A stretch of 58,371 nt of DNA from Clostridia bacterium (GCA_050872805.1 JBNMHN010000001.1:1-58371), one strand, 5' to 3'; shown: positions 28,001 through 37,017, counted from the first letter of the stretch. Made by a program: numbers and translations. The notes: generated by a model from the letters alone, not told the origin.

Positions 28001-31000
28001 ATTTCGCCCTCGACACCACCAACAGCACCCGTGTATCCATCATCGCCAGCCGCAATGCGCCCACTGCCAGCATTGAACGTGATTGTGTAGGTGTTTGCAG
28101 TCCAGTGCGCATACAAAGTGATTGCGCCCGTGACAACGTCGTCAGCGTTAATCTTCTTGCCACCGTCTGCTAGAGTGTACCACCCCGCAAGAGTATACCC
28201 CTCACGAATTGCTTCAGGAATATCCCCATACGCTTCTCCATACGATCTAGTTATGGATGATTGAGTGAGTGTCCCTTTGTTTGCATCAAGAACGATTATA
28301 TAATCCGTAACTTTCCATTGCGCATACAACTTAACAGTATTACCATTTTCAGTTGTCAAGTTTTGGAAATACGCTCCGTCGCCATATCCATTACCATTTC
28401 CAGCCGCATCAAGCGTCCATTGAGTAAAAGTATAGCCTGTTTTAGTAAATCCAACACTTGGCAAACGCTTTCCTGAGTCATACTCGCATTGAATGTCATT
28501 CATACTCCCCTCAGCATCCGTGTCATTCTTTACAAATGTAACAGTATACTTAATAGGAGCCCATTGTGCCTCTATTCTACAGTTATCAGCCGCGAACTTG
28601 AACTTGAATTTCCCGTTCTCCTCCGTCAACTCTCCATCCCCAGTACGTTTCCATTCAGTAAGAAGATAACCAGTCTTTGTAGGAGCATCAAATGTTACTT
28701 CATCGTTAATTTGTCCATTGTAGTTTTGCGTTGCAGTCGAACCATCAATTTTTCCGTCGTTAAGAACAATAGTGAAAACATATATATTGTCGCCATAATT
28801 TGCTACCAAAGTAATGTCGTCTTCATAATTTACAATACTTGTTGAGTCAATACGAACGTTTCCATCGTACATAAATCCACTAAAGTCATGCCCAGCGTAA
28901 ACAATGTCGTCAGCAACTGGAATATTTTTATACATTTCACCAAACGTCGCAGTGATATGCCCGTTGTTGTCGGCACCAACATTATACTTAGTTTTTGCCG
29001 CATCCGTCCAAGTTGCGCCCATAGGGATGACAAGCGTAACATTTATTACGCGCACTTCCCATATTGCAGTAATTGTGTCGTTGTACGCATTAAATGTGTA
29101 TGTGTACCCGTCTGCAACATTACCAGTCAAATTGTCATTTTCTTCAAGCCCAACAAAATTGTATCCTCTGCGCTCAAAACTACTTGCGTAAATCTTAGTA
29201 GTTTTGCCATATTCTTCCGAAATTTTTGCCGCAGAATTTTTTCCATTGTAAGAACCGCCGTTAGGGTCAATCGTCAATTCATAGGTCTTGACGCTCCATT
29301 GAGCCACGAATGTCAAAACTTTGTTTGCAGTCGACGTCAAGTTTTTAACTGTCTCAGTGTTACCAAACTCAGTTCCCAACTCGTCGCATCTCCAGTTCTT
29401 GAAATCGTAACCCGCTTTAGTAAACGTGTTCATTGTGAGTGCAACAGAAGTATCATAGAAAATCGTTTGATTTTCCATTGTGCCAACACTACCAACTCCG
29501 CCCTCAAACTTGATTTGATATGAAATCGCGTTCCAGTTTGCAGTCAATGTGCCGTTACCCTCGCCAAACTTGTATGACGCGCCGCTCAAGCCTCTATAAC
29601 TCGTCGAACCATCTTTACCGACAAAAGTTTCCGTCCAACTAGCGAATGTGTAACCTTCACGTGTTGGAGTCGCAATTGGAATAGTATTGTTAAGCGCTTT
29701 CCCTTCAATTATTGTCGTCGTTGAACTTTCGCTATAAACTCCGCCATTAGGGTTGATTACCAAAGAATACCCATTTTGCGTCCAGTGTGCCGTCAAAGTG
29801 AAATCGCTCGTCTCTTTGACAATAGCAGAGCCACTGACAATCGTTCCGTCCGCACGCTTCCAGCCCGCAAATGTCTTACCACTTGTTTGCGGAATAGGGA
29901 GCGAACCATATTCTTTATCGTATGTAACAGTACGCGTTCTCTCCAAATCTCCGCCACCAACATTGGTAACGCCCTCTTGAACATAATCAAATGTCAAAGT
30001 GTAGGTATTTGGCGTCCACTGAGCAGAAAGTTCGGCATTTCCAAGCCCGAAAGTGAACATCCACTTGCCCGTCGAATCACTTGCAACGCCGTCATCATTA
30101 GACATATGTTTGAACGCCGTAAACGTGTAACCCGTTCGTGTCGGAATTGGTATTTCGTACGCTTTCCCAAAGTCGCCCTGAAGAGTTGCCGTTGTAGTTG
30201 TCGGTGAACCAAAGTACCCGCCGTTTGCAGAAATTGTGGCAATATACTTGCTTGTACTCCAGCCCGCATAAAGCGTGATGTTTTTAGTGAATTCAAACGG
30301 AGTATTTGTTTCAATTTTTGTCCCTTTCATATTTTGTTCGGTATACCAGCCCGCGAAAGTGAACCCTCTCAAAGTAGCCGACGGCAAAGTTCCGTATGGC
30401 TCATTGAAGTGCGCTGTAATGTTTGTTGTAGAACTTCCGCCCTCATAGTCTCCAAACTTGTCAATCGTACCTTTGCCCGCATCAAATGTGACCACATAGT
30501 CAATGATGTCCCAAAGCGCAATGACCCTGATATCTACTTCGGAATTGAAAGTGCTACCCGCAAAAACTGGAGCATTGCTGCCGTCATCTTTGACATAGTA
30601 TACAAAATCATACCCAATGCGTTCAACCGTTGGCAACAAGCCAATGGTACTATCATAAGAGCCTCTAATCTTGACATATCCGTTCTCATACGTGCCACTA
30701 CCACTGTCCTTGAAAACACCACCATTTGCATCAAACGTATATGTTACTTGAATCGCACTAAATTGCGGATAAAGTCTCATATCGTCCAAAACTTGAGTAT
30801 CGACAGTGACATTGTTGCCTTTTTCATCTCTAAAGCCAGTGAGGTTGTACCCACGCTTCGTGAGTGTCGGGAACGCGCCTATCTTTTCGCCGTAACTAAA
30901 TGTTTTTTTGAGCGCATATGACCCAGAATTTTGATAATTGTTTGACGAAACAACGTTTGTGTTCAATATGTCTATCGTGACAGTATATGTGTTGCCTACC

Positions 31001-34000
31001 CATTTAGCATACAATCTAAATTCGCCCGCATCTACTGTAGTGAGGTTATAAACAATTTGCTCATCGGTATAAATATCGCCTGTTCCATTACTATTTGGTG
31101 TCCAACCCCTAAAGTCGAAACCACTTCTTTGGTAAGTATTTTTCGAGAGTTTTACACTCTGCCCATATTTTACTGTCATTTTAGACATTTCAGTACCAGT
31201 AGCGTCCGCACTGTTCTTGTCAAAAACTATGTAGTAGGTGTTTGCTTGATATTGTGCATACAAAGTGTGCGTATTTGTCACAGTCCAAGTCTTTTCGATG
31301 TATAATGAACTATCTTCATCTTTCGCCCAGCCAAGGAACTTGAAGCCCACCTTGCTTGCCGTTGGCAAATCGTCATATTGCTCCCCATATTCATATTCTT
31401 TGCTAGCAACTTTGCTAGACCCGCCATTTGCGTTGAAAATTACAAGATATGTTTCATTTTCATAATGTGCATAAATGGTAACATCCTTGGTAAATCTAAC
31501 AATTGTGGATGGCACATACTGCGCGCCAGTCCCTTCTTTGCTTTCAAACCATCCAACTAGGCGTGCTCCCGACTTTGTGACGTTCGGGAAATCTCCAATT
31601 GGTTCATTGTAAGTGACGTCCTTGGTATAAGTGTCACCCGCGTTAAAAATTCCACCATTTGCGTTGAAAGTCAATCTGTACTTATTTGCCGTCCATTTTG
31701 CGGTCAAGGTAACTGTTTCCGTGATAATATCACTCGCAGAAGCCTGTTTGTCTGAAGCATAGAACCACCCAGCAAGCGTATAACCAGCAAATGTAGCAGT
31801 AGGTAAAGCGCCTATTTGGCTGTTGTACGGAATTATTCTTTGTGATGTTTGAGCCTTGCCCCCCATTGCATCAAAGAATACCATAACACTTTCGACTTCA
31901 AAACGCGCATATAGCGTTTTTGCGCCCGAAAACTTGTATACACTTGATTCAGCATATGAAGTCGAGTTTTCACCCGTCCCGTCGTACCACCCTCTAAAGT
32001 TGTAACCATCAAGGGAAGCCGTTGGCAACACGCCGAAAGGAGCATCGTATGTCATAGTCTTTGTAGCAGAATGTTTGTCAGCCGAAATATTCCAGCCGTT
32101 TGCAGCATTAATAGTTGCGTTGCTAGCGCTAAGTGTCAAAGTATACGTATTTGCCGTAAACTTTGCATACAACGTGCGAGACTCGGTCACCTTATCGCTT
32201 GTTTTTACAAGCGTGTTGTACGTGTTTTGGTAGTACCAGCCGTCAAAGCGATACCCAGTTTGCGTCGCGTTTGGCAAGACGCCCAAAGTTTGGCCGTAGT
32301 TGTACGTAACGATTGAAATACTCTCATTCACTCTGCCAGTAAACCCAGCCGTCGTCACAATCGTACCCGCGCCAGCACTAAATGTGACTGTGTACGTGAT
32401 TGCTTTCCATTGCGCGTAGAGCGTAAGTGTTTCGCCGTTCTTTGAAGTCAAATTGTAAACATCAGCACCGTCAACAAACCCCGATCCTTTGCCGTCTGCC
32501 TTAGTGTTCCAGCCGTTGAAAGTCCAGCCCGTCCTAGTAAATGCGTTGAGCGTCAATGTTCCGTGAGAACCGTATGTGTATGACGAAGCACCCATACTCC
32601 CAACGCCGCCGTTTGCATTGTACGCAACAGTATATCCGTTTGCATTCCACCTTGCCACAACCGTAGCATCACTATCACCAAACGTAAATGTAAAGCCTGA
32701 TAGTGTACCCGCCGCTCCTGTAGTCTTTTCCCAATTGACAAATGAGTAACCCTCTTTTGTCAAACCACTCGGCAAGGCAAGTTTCTCGCCAGTAGTTCCA
32801 GGTACCGTGTAGGCGCCCTGACCATTGTCACGGTCGACTGTCAAGACAAACGGAGTCGCCGAAAATTTTGCGTAAAGCGTTTTGCTGTTGTCTTCATCGT
32901 ATTTTGTGGACGTTTGCCAAACCTTTTCACTTGACGCACTTTCATACCACCCCAAAAATCTATATCCTGTCTTTGTAGCGGACGGCATATCGCCGATTTT
33001 AGCATCGTACGTGACAGTTTTTACGTAATTGCCCCCACTCGCCGTGACGCCCGACGGAATCACTCCCCAAGATTCACTAGAGTCGTTTAATACAAATGTC
33101 ATAGTGTAACGCTTTGGCGTGAATTTTGCTGTAATTGTCGCACTCCCCGCCCCGAAAGTAAACTGCGTTTTTGTCACAGAGCCCGAGCCAGATATTTCCC
33201 AGCCGGTATGATCATATCCAGTGCGAGTCACAGTCCCAAGGTCAATAGTCCGCCCATATATACCAGTGATCAAAGTCTTATCGCCGCTATAGGTACCGCC
33301 CATAGGGTCAATTCTCAACGTATATTCATTGCTCGTCCACCTAGCATATAAAGTTATATCCACATCAAAGTCGACAACATTATCTTTAGTGTATTGTTTT
33401 GCCGAATTCTCAATAAACCAGCCCTGAAATGTAGATCCCGTTTTTGTTGGCGTCGGCATTGTGCCAATCAATGTACCATAGGTAACAGTTTTGTCTGCAA
33501 TACGACCATTTTTATTCCAACCATTTATATTAGCCCAATTTTTTGAATTGCTATCTGCATCCGATGCACTTAATGTCAGTTTCAATGACTTTACATTCCA
33601 CTGAGCATAAATAATCGTCTCGTATGAGCCATTACCTTGGGAATAGAGAGAAAATGTGCTTGAATTTACTGAAGTTGTAAGCGAAATTTTATTTCCATCT
33701 TGTGTATTATTTACTTTGCTCCAATGCGAAAATGTGTATCCAGTTCTTATCGGCGTTGGTAATCTGACCGCATTTCCATATGCCGCACTTAATGAAGATG
33801 GCTCTCCGCTCGGCAAATAACCGCCGTTGAGTTCATAGTTGATTGTAACAGTAGCCGGCCCATAATGCGCATACAAAGTCCCGTTACCTGCTGTTTGCCA
33901 CGTGTTTTCAGTCGATATTAAATTATTGGCGTAATACTGTGTGCCTTTACCATTAATTTCAGTAAAGTATCCTTGGAAAACATAATATTCTTTTTGGGGC

Positions 34001-36381
34001 TTCATACTACTAGACAAATCAGGTAGCGGTCTATCGTATGTTGCAGTCACTTCACTTGGCCCATCAGTCCCGCCTTGTTGGTCGAAGCTTACTGTATATG
34101 TATTCGCCGTCCAATGCGCATAAAGTGTCATTGAAGAGTTAATTGGAGTTTCTCGATCGATTTGGCTCCCGCCACTCAACGCATCCCACCAACCATTGAA
34201 TGCATAGCCAGTTCTCTTGACAACCGGAAAATTATCTATCGTTTTGCCATACGTGATTTCTTTATCATCACCACCAGTAATACTGCCCCCGTTAGGGTCA
34301 AATTTTATTGTTGCTACCTTCCGCGTCAAGCCCGCATATAGGTTGATTTCAGTTCTTGTGTCTGTTATAATCGTGTCTTTGCCTATCTCTGCGCCTTGCC
34401 CTTTTGTCACAGTAACGTCATTTATTGTTTCGGTCGATTTATCATTATAAAACTTTCCATCCCAATCATAATATTGTGGCACGTGATTTGCTATTTGCTC
34501 TGTTGTCGGCCAACTTTTATCCCCCTCAACGACTTCACTATATTTTTTTGCAAACTTTGAATAGTATGTTGAGACTACTCCATCATTGACATAGAAGTTT
34601 ATTTTGACTTTTTGCGCTTCCCAGTGCGCATATAGGGTTATGTCCGATGTTATTGGTACAAGTCCATTACCATTCGAATCAATATATTGCGTTCCATCAC
34701 TGCTTCCTGTATAATAACCTAAAAATATATACCCACCTCTTGTAGGGATGTCAATTTTCCCAACCTTTTGGTCTTGTATCACAGTTAACGAACTAGTTCC
34801 ACCATTTGTATAATTTTTATCTAATGTAACAGTGTACTTTGCTAATGTTGTCTTTTCTTCATAATAGTTGTAAGGTGCAGCCGATTTCTCAGTCCACGCA
34901 GTTGTCCCTTTGGGGGTAATATACAAAGTTGTAGTTGTACGAATTTCCCCTTCATCACTACTTTTGCTTGTGCCGTCAGTCCAATTTGAAGAATATATGT
35001 TTACTTGCCCCGGTTTAAATGTGTCTTTCGAAGTACAAAAATCCTTATCATTTTCAATAGAGTTACATACAAGTCCATTATGGTTACCAAAAAGATAAGG
35101 CCCTGTTTCAGTACTACGATAAGCACATGGCCTATTTTGGCTTTCTTCATTCAAGCCGATATAAATGCATGCCGTAGATTTATGATCCTCTCTATATCCA
35201 TACCCTAAAATTGAGCCTTTACTTGTAGCGGTCATTGTACCTCGTGCATAAGACTCATAAATGTGGATGTGCGCATCTCTATCATCAAGCCACGCATTTC
35301 CCGCATTTGCAAATGCATAACCTACAATACCACCAGCAGCTACACCATTAGTCGCTTTTATATCTGCTACACTCGCGCATTGTGAAACATATGTGTTACC
35401 TGAAGTATTCCTACTCCCCGTACTATATGTATCAGCAAGAGCGTAACCGGCAATTCCACCTACATTTTTATTACCTGTAATGTTGCCCGTATTCCAGCAA
35501 TATGTCAAACTTGCACTCTTAGAACCCCTGCCTTTGATCTCCCCTACAATTCCACCTACATTGTCACTAGTATTAGAAACATCATTGCTATTTGAATGTT
35601 TTTTAGTTTCACCATTCCCCACACTATCTGTCACACCCCCCTTCGTCATCACGCCACGCTTTTGCGCTTGAGAGAACCATGTGTCGATGCTTGAGAGTGT
35701 GCTCATTGAGACATCGGTCAATTCGTTGGTTGGGAAGCCGATTTTTTCAATGTCGTTTGAGCCGTTTGTTGAGTATGAAATGTTTGTGTTTTCGGCATAG
35801 CCGACGATACCGCCGACTGCACCTTCGCCACTACGAGAAGAAACATTGACATACGAGTTGCGCATATCAACTTTAGTGATAAGAGATTCCTTTACAACAC
35901 CAAAAAGGCCATAGTAGTCGTATCTATCGCCTGTCATTGTCATAAAGTATATTGCTTTTTGAGCGCCGTCAAACGTACCCATAAACGGGTGCGCCATTGT
36001 ACCGATTGGCGTCCACTCGCGCCCTGCGAGATTGAGTTCGCTTGTCAGCGTGAAGTACATTCCCTCATAGGTTGTACCCGCATTGACGTTGCACGCGAGT
36101 TGCGCCAAGTCGGTTGCCGTCGCGATTTTGAACGCGTCCGTCTCCGTACCACTGCCCGCCCACGTCTCCGTGCCGAACACTTGCGGTGTGAGTCCGTCCG
36201 TCCATTCGGCGACCGCCGCGACTTTTTTGCTGACAAACGATTGCACAATCGGTGCCGCGATAATGGCTGTCATTGCCAAAATTGCGAAGAAAAGAGCAAG
36301 CAAAAAGTTAAATCTTCTCTTTTGTCTCCTCTCTCCAACCTCAACCAGCACCGACCCTGTCAGCGTTCTCAAATTATCCAT
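22015..36381 (-). CDS. giant (4,788 aa) tail-anchored surface protein: N-terminal TM, GLUG-motif region, approx 50 Listeria-Bacteroides (Flg_new) repeats, C-terminal TM
   Basis: Uninterrupted 14.4-kb frame. ATG at 36381 preceded by AGAGGAGAAAG. VGGIVGY / VGGIAGY GLUG-like motifs. Repeats follow the pattern YTVTFDANGG...GYTFxGW...LYAxW. C-terminus WPLVIAGGILALLLIVFFIIMIV + KINEKRSSRDK. Confidence 0.9.
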   Translation of the reverse strand: MDNLRTLTGSVLVEVGERRQKRRFNFLLALFFAILAMTAIIAAPIVQSFVSKKVAAVAEWTDGLTPQVFGTETWAGSGTETDAFKIATATDLAQLACNVNAGTTYEGMYFTLTSELNLAGREWTPIGTMAHPFMGTFDGAQKAIYFMTMTGDRYDYYGLFGVVKESLITKVDMRNSYVNVSSRSGEGAVGGIVGYAENTNISYSTNGSNDIEKIGFPTNELTDVSMSTLSSIDTWFSQAQKRGVMTKGGVTDSVGNGETKKHSNSNDVSNTSDNVGGIVGEIKGRGSKSASLTYCWNTGNITGNKNVGGIAGYALADTYSTGSRNTSGNTYVSQCASVADIKATNGVAAGGIVGYAFANAGNAWLDDRDAHIHIYESYARGTMTATSKGSILGYGYREDHKSTACIYIGLNEESQNRPCAYRSTETGPYLFGNHNGLVCNSIENDKDFCTSKDTFKPGQVNIYSSNWTDGTSKSSDEGEIRTTTTLYITPKGTTAWTEKSAAPYNYYEEKTTLAKYTVTLDKNYTNGGTSSLTVIQDQKVGKIDIPTRGGYIFLGYYTGSSDGTQYIDSNGNGLVPITSDITLYAHWEAQKVKINFYVNDGVVSTYYSKFAKKYSEVVEGDKSWPTTEQIANHVPQYYDWDGKFYNDKSTETINDVTVTKGQGAEIGKDTIITDTRTEINLYAGLTRKVATIKFDPNGGSITGGDDKEITYGKTIDNFPVVKRTGYAFNGWWDALSGGSQIDRETPINSSMTLYAHWTANTYTVSFDQQGGTDGPSEVTATYDRPLPDLSSSMKPQKEYYVFQGYFTEINGKGTQYYANNLISTENTWQTAGNGTLYAHYGPATVTINYELNGGYLPSGEPSSLSAAYGNAVRLPTPIRTGYTFSHWSKVNNTQDGNKISLTTSVNSSTFSLYSQGNGSYETIIYAQWNVKSLKLTLSASDADSNSKNWANINGWNKNGRIADKTVTYGTLIGTMPTPTKTGSTFQGWFIENSAKQYTKDNVVDFDVDITLYARWTSNEYTLRIDPMGGTYSGDKTLITGIYGRTIDLGTVTRTGYDHTGWEISGSGSVTKTQFTFGAGSATITAKFTPKRYTMTFVLNDSSESWGVIPSGVTASGGNYVKTVTYDAKIGDMPSATKTGYRFLGWYESASSEKVWQTSTKYDEDNSKTLYAKFSATPFVLTVDRDNGQGAYTVPGTTGEKLALPSGLTKEGYSFVNWEKTTGAAGTLSGFTFTFGDSDATVVARWNANGYTVAYNANGGVGSMGASSYTYGSHGTLTLNAFTRTGWTFNGWNTKADGKGSGFVDGADVYNLTSKNGETLTLYAQWKAITYTVTFSAGAGTIVTTAGFTGRVNESISIVTYNYGQTLGVLPNATQTGYRFDGWYYQNTYNTLVKTSDKVTESRTLYAKFTANTYTLTLSASNATINAANGWNISADKHSATKTMTYDAPFGVLPTASLDGYNFRGWYDGTGENSTSYAESSVYKFSGAKTLYARFEVESVMVFFDAMGGKAQTSQRIIPYNSQIGALPTATFAGYTLAGWFYASDKQASASDIITETVTLTAKWTANKYRLTFNANGGIFNAGDTYTKDVTYNEPIGDFPNVTKSGARLVGWFESKEGTGAQYVPSTIVRFTKDVTIYAHYENETYLVIFNANGGSSKVASKEYEYGEQYDDLPTASKVGFKFLGWAKDEDSSLYIEKTWTVTNTHTLYAQYQANTYYIVFDKNSADATGTEMSKMTVKYGQSVKLSKNTYQRSGFDFRGWTPNSNGTGDIYTDEQIVYNLTTVDAGEFRLYAKWVGNTYTVTIDILNTNVVSSNNYQNSGSYALKKTFSYGEKIGAFPTLTKRGYNLTGFRDEKGNNVTVDTQVLDDMRLYPQFSAIQVTYTFDANGGVFKDSGSGTYENGYVKIRGSYDSTIGLLPTVERIGYDFVYYVKDDGSNAPVFAGSTFNSEVDIRVIALWDIIDYVVTFDAGKGTIDKFGDYEGGSSTTNITAHFNEPYGTLPSATLRGFTFAGWYTEQNMKGTKIETNTPFEFTKNITLYAGWSTSKYIATISANGGYFGSPTTTTATLQGDFGKAYEIPIPTRTGYTFTAFKHMSNDDGVASDSTGKWMFTFGLGNAELSAQWTPNTYTLTFDYVQEGVTNVGGGDLERTRTVTYDKEYGSLPIPQTSGKTFAGWKRADGTIVSGSAIVKETSDFTLTAHWTQNGYSLVINPNGGVYSESSTTTIIEGKALNNTIPIATPTREGYTFASWTETFVGKDGSTSYRGLSGASYKFGEGNGTLTANWNAISYQIKFEGGVGSVGTMENQTIFYDTSVALTMNTFTKAGYDFKNWRCDELGTEFGNTETVKNLTSTANKVLTFVAQWSVKTYELTIDPNGGSYNGKNSAAKISEEYGKTTKIYASSFERRGYNFVGLEENDNLTGNVADGYTYTFNAYNDTITAIWEVRVINVTLVIPMGATWTDAAKTKYNVGADNNGHITATFGEMYKNIPVADDIVYAGHDFSGFMYDGNVRIDSTSIVNYEDDITLVANYGDNIYVFTIVLNDGKIDGSTATQNYNGQINDEVTFDAPTKTGYLLTEWKRTGDGELTEENGKFKFKFAADNCRIEAQWAPIKYTVTFVKNDTDAEGSMNDIQCEYDSGKRLPSVGFTKTGYTFTQWTLDAAGNGNGYGDGAYFQNLTTENGNTVKLYAQWKVTDYIIVLDANKGTLTQSSITRSYGEAYGDIPEAIREGYTLAGWYTLADGGKKINADDVVTGAITLYAHWTANTYTITFNAGSGRIAAGDDGYTGAVGGVEGEITVTFGGYYEKMPIAVHDTKVFAGWFVSERADSLQIEKTTIVTVANNQTLYAHWVEDQYTVSFDPNGGTVSEHSRTVSHGEPYGVLPVPTKTGYHFDGWFFEEKNIQIADSSIVNYKGDHTLCAHWTALKFTVSFDYDGGEYVETEGYEGDGTKKGVTYDQTFGVLPMAAKTGMRFLGWFDADDKLIDESKLVKILEDITVKAKYENILYTLTIELDGGKYGDLEQVQSFTGIYEQTIEILAPTKTGYNFASYENRLGIGSVEKVGDIYHFTFGADNSTLYAIWKAMDIRVTFHAQDGELFGSNTAISNDKKTGMRQYKFGDKFNVVSAMPNARLEGYRFLGWFTEPDGGFQMTDEMEITIPTNFDLYAQYEPILYILTIDPQGGVFNNSQHTYDFKDKKRGDEVTFNTPTREGYRFLRFIMTGEGTLTAQDEQLSSYKFVFGAGNATLTAVWENEKYIVTFDYNGADGGDTTETLEVTYDQMYDALPVPTKTGYDFVGWFTTADDEGMKIDNTTTVKIARNHTLYAHWELHKYKLQVILSGGSIDGAASTDVEFEAYFNEIVDFSIPTRYGYLFKEFEKVGDKGTLDIREGEGKVYFTFGDDNCKLVAIWENKEIIVNFDYDNATSGNEIASKTVKFDEAYGELPTPAKAGYNFVGWFDSRDDENRVQIIPSVLVKNAETHTLFAVFEEITTSLTIVLNGGDLVLEENPINKKFGETFTFGEPTKTGYDFTGYTSTVDGALKNNGDGTWTYTFGLSNAVVSAEWAAQSVDVTFKLSSDAIEDGVEIDWTDLTHSDDVMKVTYGEKYGTLPKVSRYGWEFNGWFTEENGQGERIIDTSIVTNPEDHTLYAYFEQYEFTLKIDLNGGTAEGQQLTIIGHAKDVINVIAPTKIGYTFAGFTIVSGDITQSGGETLAEKLTFTFKESDAIILANYTANTYTLTFNANGTAENPASIPTSTEWIVGEGSNFATKIVTFGDRINAMPTPIRDGYTFIGWTISGTEGDKDVYTPLTRVEFAQDLTLNATWSADKFALTIDLDGGKLLDQDSSVITFTASNGQSYDITSTPTKTGYKFERFEIEYAVEGQGRFEKTGNTWKFTFGSGNATITAIWTPIEIVITLDANGAQFDESSLNGWTLAADKNSATKTFNYKDLLGKIENSDGTTSIGALPQVSLEGSKFTGWFVDETQYSETSPIEWLVNTTLTASFAMNNYLLVINTNGGTYSDDEYNNKVGVFNISKVYGTIYNVANPSKTGYKFTGWTGSGVGTFDNTLGAFTFGAGTYTLVAEYEPIKYTIKFDANGGTGTMDAQEFTYDISDVLNENKFTYAGYTFKEWNTAADGTGEIFANMGMVLNETDVEGDEITLYAIWNSAWITMYFDANNGTADPVGMKVEHGKPFGALPRVERKGYNFGGWYESIVNDVPQGEPIEATTICKYTESRTFVAFWTIASYEITLPSGYPQDSMTLNVLDTYKGTLSEDGSKATILYNHDFAFEITILEAYSQSNIRVYATIKTTQVKKEILPINGAYMLTQIADDMVISVENLNKNTYKVVFDAREGLFGNSQYTTVTVEWGGKITRPTRPTRLHYDFIGWFASISSLAEFDFATYEVYADLTLYAKYEKANYKITFYVDDEVFWTDSVQYESVVTKPNDPIKEGYNFVGWRLVNGAMYSFSSQVTGELNLYAEFDKNTYTVRFYNGDRLLDTVEIKYGETVKVNFPVGITGYDLEGWYADAAFTTLFDFDQIITSDTNIYGKYVLQQFKVDFYVNGELQATQQVGYNHWAKIPTGIIVEVGHHIANWYTDVDLTQLFDFGKSITSDLVLFGKIEKDDIVITFVANEQKILRYVKYGDSLAPSEIPVIPARIGYDKVAPYWEDADLTNITSPLTINAVYTINKYTVTIIMPDGSHLYKEVEYGKTLTDLPKIKTKFGDKVVYDQDLSNITSNLVVHIEVQNYIFWPLVIAGGILALLLIVFFIIMIVKINEKRSSRDKIKELIDTNGR

Positions 36382-36431
36382 ATCTCTTTCTCCTCTAGTA
36401 GTCAATTTTATGTTTTGTTTTTTACTCTTTA

Positions 36432-36461
36432 ATTGTACTAAAATTCGACAAATAAAGTCAA
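36432..36461 (-). promoter_or_regulatory. candidate promoter TTGACT-18-TACAAT for the giant gene
   Basis: Minus strand: TTGACT (36461-36456), TACAAT (36437-36432). Lies between the repeat array and the RBS. Confidence 0.4.
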
Positions 36462-36469
36462 ACACTTTT

Positions 36470-36985
36470 GCCCCATTTTTACAAAATATTTTTGCGGCGG
36501 GGATAGCCCCGCGGCTGCAGATACTGGCGGGGATAGCCCCGCTGCTGCAGGTACTGTCCCTACGCGCCATTTGCTTTCGTGGACGGCATAGTGCATTCCA
36601 TTCTTTTCACTTTTTGTTCTCGTGTGGGAATATCCCCGCCGCTGGTGCGATAGCGCACTGCTACTGGTACTGTCCCTACACACCAGCCACTTTCATAGAC
36701 GGCGAACGCGACTGCTTTCTATGCCGTACAGTTCTCGAGTGGGGATAGCCCCGCGGCTGCAAATACTGTCCCTACTCTCAACCGACTTTCGCGGACGGCA
36801 AACGCAACTGCTTTCTATGCCGTACAGTTCTCGGGTGGGGATAGCCCCGCCGCTGGTGCGATAGCGCACTGCTACAGATGCTTTCCCTACGCGTCATTTG
36901 CTTTCGTGGACGGCGTAGCACATTTCATCCTATCCGCTTCAGTTCTCGGGTGCTTTCGCACCCGCGCCAGCAATCAAGCAAAAAA
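36470..36985 (-). repeat. intergenic mosaic repeat locus R5: tandem array of L units (alternating approx 96 and approx 114 bp)
   Basis: GGGGATAGCCCCGC-type hairpins start at approx 36497, 36527, 36624, 36739, 36835 and 36948. Each full unit carries GTACTGTCCCTAC, GGACGGC and GCTTTCTATG. Every second unit has an extra GTGCGATAGCGCAC. Confidence 0.9.
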
Positions 36986-37017
36986 ACACCTTTTCAAAAA
37001 AAATACCCCCAAAATGC

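Noticed and set aside
22210-36432. Dozens of 60-220-aa plus- and minus-strand ORFs inside the giant gene
   Set aside because: All are nested within a single continuous 14.4-kb frame with clear domain periodicity. They lack RBSs and have biased composition typical of off-frame translation.
36382-36570. N-terminal 63-aa extension of the giant ORF (ORF-track start at 36570)
   Set aside because: The extension runs through the promoter region and into the repeat array (GAIPA-type translation of the GC hairpins). It has no RBS. The ATG at 36381 has a strong AGAGGAG site and is followed by a normal TM segment.
36083-36864. Plus-strand ORFs 36083-36748 and 36622-36864, and minus-strand ORF 36438-36683
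   Set aside because: They translate the repeat array and the antisense of the giant gene's 5' end. Their reading frames are kept open only by the GC-rich repeats.
36470-36985. CRISPR array interpretation of the tandem hairpin repeats
   Set aside because: The repeat spacing is irregular (about 30, 97, 115, 96, 113 bp). The sequences between the hairpins are themselves repeated and conserved, so they are not unique spacers. The same units occur singly at eight other loci, and no cas genes are present.
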